DNA of 64,000 bases. It comes from Thalia democratica (Eukaryota). Positions 61,452-64,000 of this stretch are shown here, in pieces (positions within the stretch are counted from its first letter, which is position 1; each line of letters starts with the position of its first letter). Both the position numbers and the translations under genes were made by a program. The stretch covers positions 25,854,001-25,918,000 of the forward strand of contig OZ241826.1 of assembly GCA_965202585.1 (NCBI GenBank), in the 5' to 3' direction. The notes beneath the pieces were generated by a model. The model had not been told where the DNA came from, did not search any database, and saw nothing but the letters and a program-made list of their open reading frames with translations.

Positions 61452-64000
61452 CGTTTTAAAATGTTCCTTTTTAAGTTTTTGCACGTGGTAACTTTTTAAA
61501 CAACCAGTTTAGTTGTTTTGTAACTTTTATATGAATTTTAAGTTAATTATATCTGAGCTTGCTACGGTAGTTAATTAGTAGCTAGTTTTACGACTAAATT
61601 TATTAATTAACACTGTTATAGATCGTAAAGATATGATACTAATCAAGGCTGATTAACTTTAAAATGTTAATGACTTTTACTGTAAAGTAATTAAACTTTA
61701 CAACATCAGTTAAGTAAGTTTACAATGCAAGTTACAAAGTTGGTTTACGCAAAAGATTAACATTTACTAAAATATAGAAACTGATTTAAACAACTATTAA
61801 GCCGGCTATCATCAGTGCATTAATACTAAAATAAAGTTAGTCATTAGCTATGCAAGTATTTAGTTGATAAAAAGAGAAATGCTAACAGCATGTAACTTGC
61901 CAAATAATTCAAAACAAACAATAAAGCCGGCAGTCTTTGTAGATGTACAATATTTACACAGCTAATTACATAAAGCTCCCTTTGACATTTAATTTACTTC
62001 TAGTTTAATTCGGATTAACTAAGTTTGCTTTATTTGCGTTTTTAAGCCTTAATTAAGCAGCATTACAAAACTAAAATATTATTCCATTTAATGTTTATTC
62101 AAGTATAGTGTTAAATTAATTTAAGTGTTAATGTTAAGATTTAAAACCGATAGTTGTAACTAAAAGGAGAGTAGCACTAAATTATTTATTTTTGTTAACT
62201 TATGGAAAAATATTTCAACTTAGGAAGGAATATGTAAGACTTAATGGTGTGGAAGGGGAGAAATTTGTGAAACAAAATATATGCCAGCTGCAGAAGGTAC
62301 TAAATTTGGGTTTTCTCTTGTTAACAATCTTGTAAGATACTTAATTTATTTTTTTATGTTTTGCTAAAAATTCGTACATGTAACAGCTTATTTGAAATAA
62401 GTAAATTAAAATGTTTAGAATATTAAAAGTCTTTAAAAAGTTACATAAACAAATATAAATAGAATGAATGGTTTAAACAAAATTTTGTAAATATACTTAA
62501 CGTGTCTTTGTTCGTTGTTGGTTATTTAGTTTTCAGAGTTTATGTATTTTTTTAAGATTAATAATTGAAAATAAAATCTTGTTTCGAAGTTCAAATTTAA
62601 TATATCAGTTATAATTGTGTAGTTTTTAAATTCAGAGAAAAACCTAAATTAAATAAATTATTTTCTAACAGAAAACTAACGAAAACGTTGAGTAAAAATA
62701 ATCGTTTAAAATTCAATTTCTCGCTTACCCTGCAAGTAAGCTGTATTAGGAGACACACATTAAAAGAAGTTACACAAAAAGAACAAATAGTATCTGATTA
62801 TTACACGAATCATCAGATAAACCAATTGTTACTACAAGGCGTTGTAACATTCAAAAATATACAGCATGGTAAAATATAAATTAAATTAAAATACATCATT
62901 AATGTAAAAATAATTTGATATACTTGTCATAAAGAATATAAATGCTTATTCAAAACATTTAAAAGTAGCTGTAGTTTTAGTAAAATAACTGTAAAAATTT
63001 AAAAAATACTAATGTAAAAGTTTTTCTCAATATAAAATATTAGTTAAAGTTTATCCAGATGGGTGTCGGATGATTGGGGTGAATGAAGCAGAAGTTATGG
63101 GGGCGGCATAAAATCGAGGCAGGTCAAGTGCATGTCATTAACTGCATCCGGAGATCTTTTTTCCCAATTACAAATGTGTGACGTCATCAAAACCTGCAAC
63201 GACGCAACAATGTAACTCTGACGTAATTTTTCCTCCGCAATGGCATACTGGTCCATGGTCCAAAGTTTGTAGATTTTTGATATAAAGTTTATAAAACAAA
63301 TTAGCTTTTGTTTAATTAACATGTTAAAATTTGATGTGTAGTTCTATGAAATAACTTTATTAGTTTAATGTGTAGTATGTCTTGATTTTACTAAACTTTA
63401 AATAATTAACCAAAGTTCTAAGTCAAAATATTAAAGGTAAAAACTTTCCTTCTTAACAAACAGTCACGTTTTACCAAACATTCTGATAAGTTTGCGGAAT
63501 ATATACGTAAGAAGTACAACTTATTTTTGTCACTTTACGTTTTTTGGTTTGTATATTTATTTTTAAACCTACAAGTGTATAAATTAAAAGATGTCAGTCA
63601 AAACTAAACTTTCTGTTTATTTTCAAAACAGGTTTTAAAAAACTTCTTGGGTGTTATAATTCATTTTTGTGAAGTCTTTAAAACATGCCAATCTGTGGTT
63701 TCAGTGAAATTTATGGATTAATTATATTTTTATGACATTTTTAATTTATTTCCTGAAAAGAAACTTTGTTTTTTAATTAAAAATTGTTGTATAACTGACT
63801 GAAATGAGATTAATCTTTTCACTAATATCTATTGGTTTGTACATATGTTTAAACTTACTTTTAAAATTGAACATTTTTATTTTTAAACTGATCATAATTT
63901 TTATACATTCCAACCATGTTGTGTAAAGTTAATAATTTTCTCAAGGGTGTTTTTGATTTTGCTTTTGTATTTATTGCTTACAGTACTTTCTTTAGATACC

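Larger units (their letters stand above)
54009..64000 (+). pseudogene. ADAMTS copy C, inverted and deleted remnant; probably continues beyond the right edge
   Basis: Exon-1-like (~54009-54110); exon-2-like (~54310-54400); exon 3 at 56467-56789 (acceptor AG>AC, TAA, frameshifts); exon 4 at 58488-58680 (intact); exon-5 tail (~60370-60412); exon 11 at 62224-62319 (TTA>TAA); exon 19 at ~62721-62869 (frameshifted); exon 20 at 63059-63264 (TGC>TGA). Catalytic exons 6-10 and exons 12-18 were not found. Confidence 0.88.

Noticed and set aside
1-64000. CRISPR arrays, rRNA, tRNA, autonomous transposase or reverse-transcriptase ORFs
   Set aside because: I saw no regularly spaced repeats, cloverleaf or rRNA signatures, or long ORFs; all long repeats are explained by ADAMTS paralogy or MITEs.

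Overview
This is a very AT-rich, intron-rich eukaryotic window from an invertebrate animal; the style is compatible with a hydrozoan such as Hydra, but the species cannot be determined from the sequence alone. It holds four ADAMTS metalloprotease copies arranged as a mirror image around a small three-exon gene. Copy B (33749 to 16939, minus strand) could be reconstructed exon by exon: 24 GT-AG exons, consistent phases, 3888 nt, 1295 aa. Its domain order is signal peptide, prodomain, reprolysin domain with intact HETGHSLGMRHD, disintegrin-like, TSP1, Cys-rich, spacer, five further TSP1 and PLAC, i.e. ADAMTS16/18-like. Copy A (minus, runs off the left edge) is a frameshifted pseudogene whose 3' part is almost identical to B. 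Copies D and C (plus strand) are heavily deleted pseudogenes. Between the two arms lies a 98-aa secreted Cys-rich protein gene with a divergent thyroglobulin type-1-like domain (40463-41514, plus). Mobile DNA includes a ~240-bp insertion flanked by a 14-bp target-site duplication that carries a complete minimal type I hammerhead ribozyme (minus strand, 43549-43609), a TTAA-flanked foldback MITE, an 8-bp-TSD hAT MITE and weaker MITE candidates. I found no rRNA, tRNA or CRISPR. All alignments and identity statements were made by eye.
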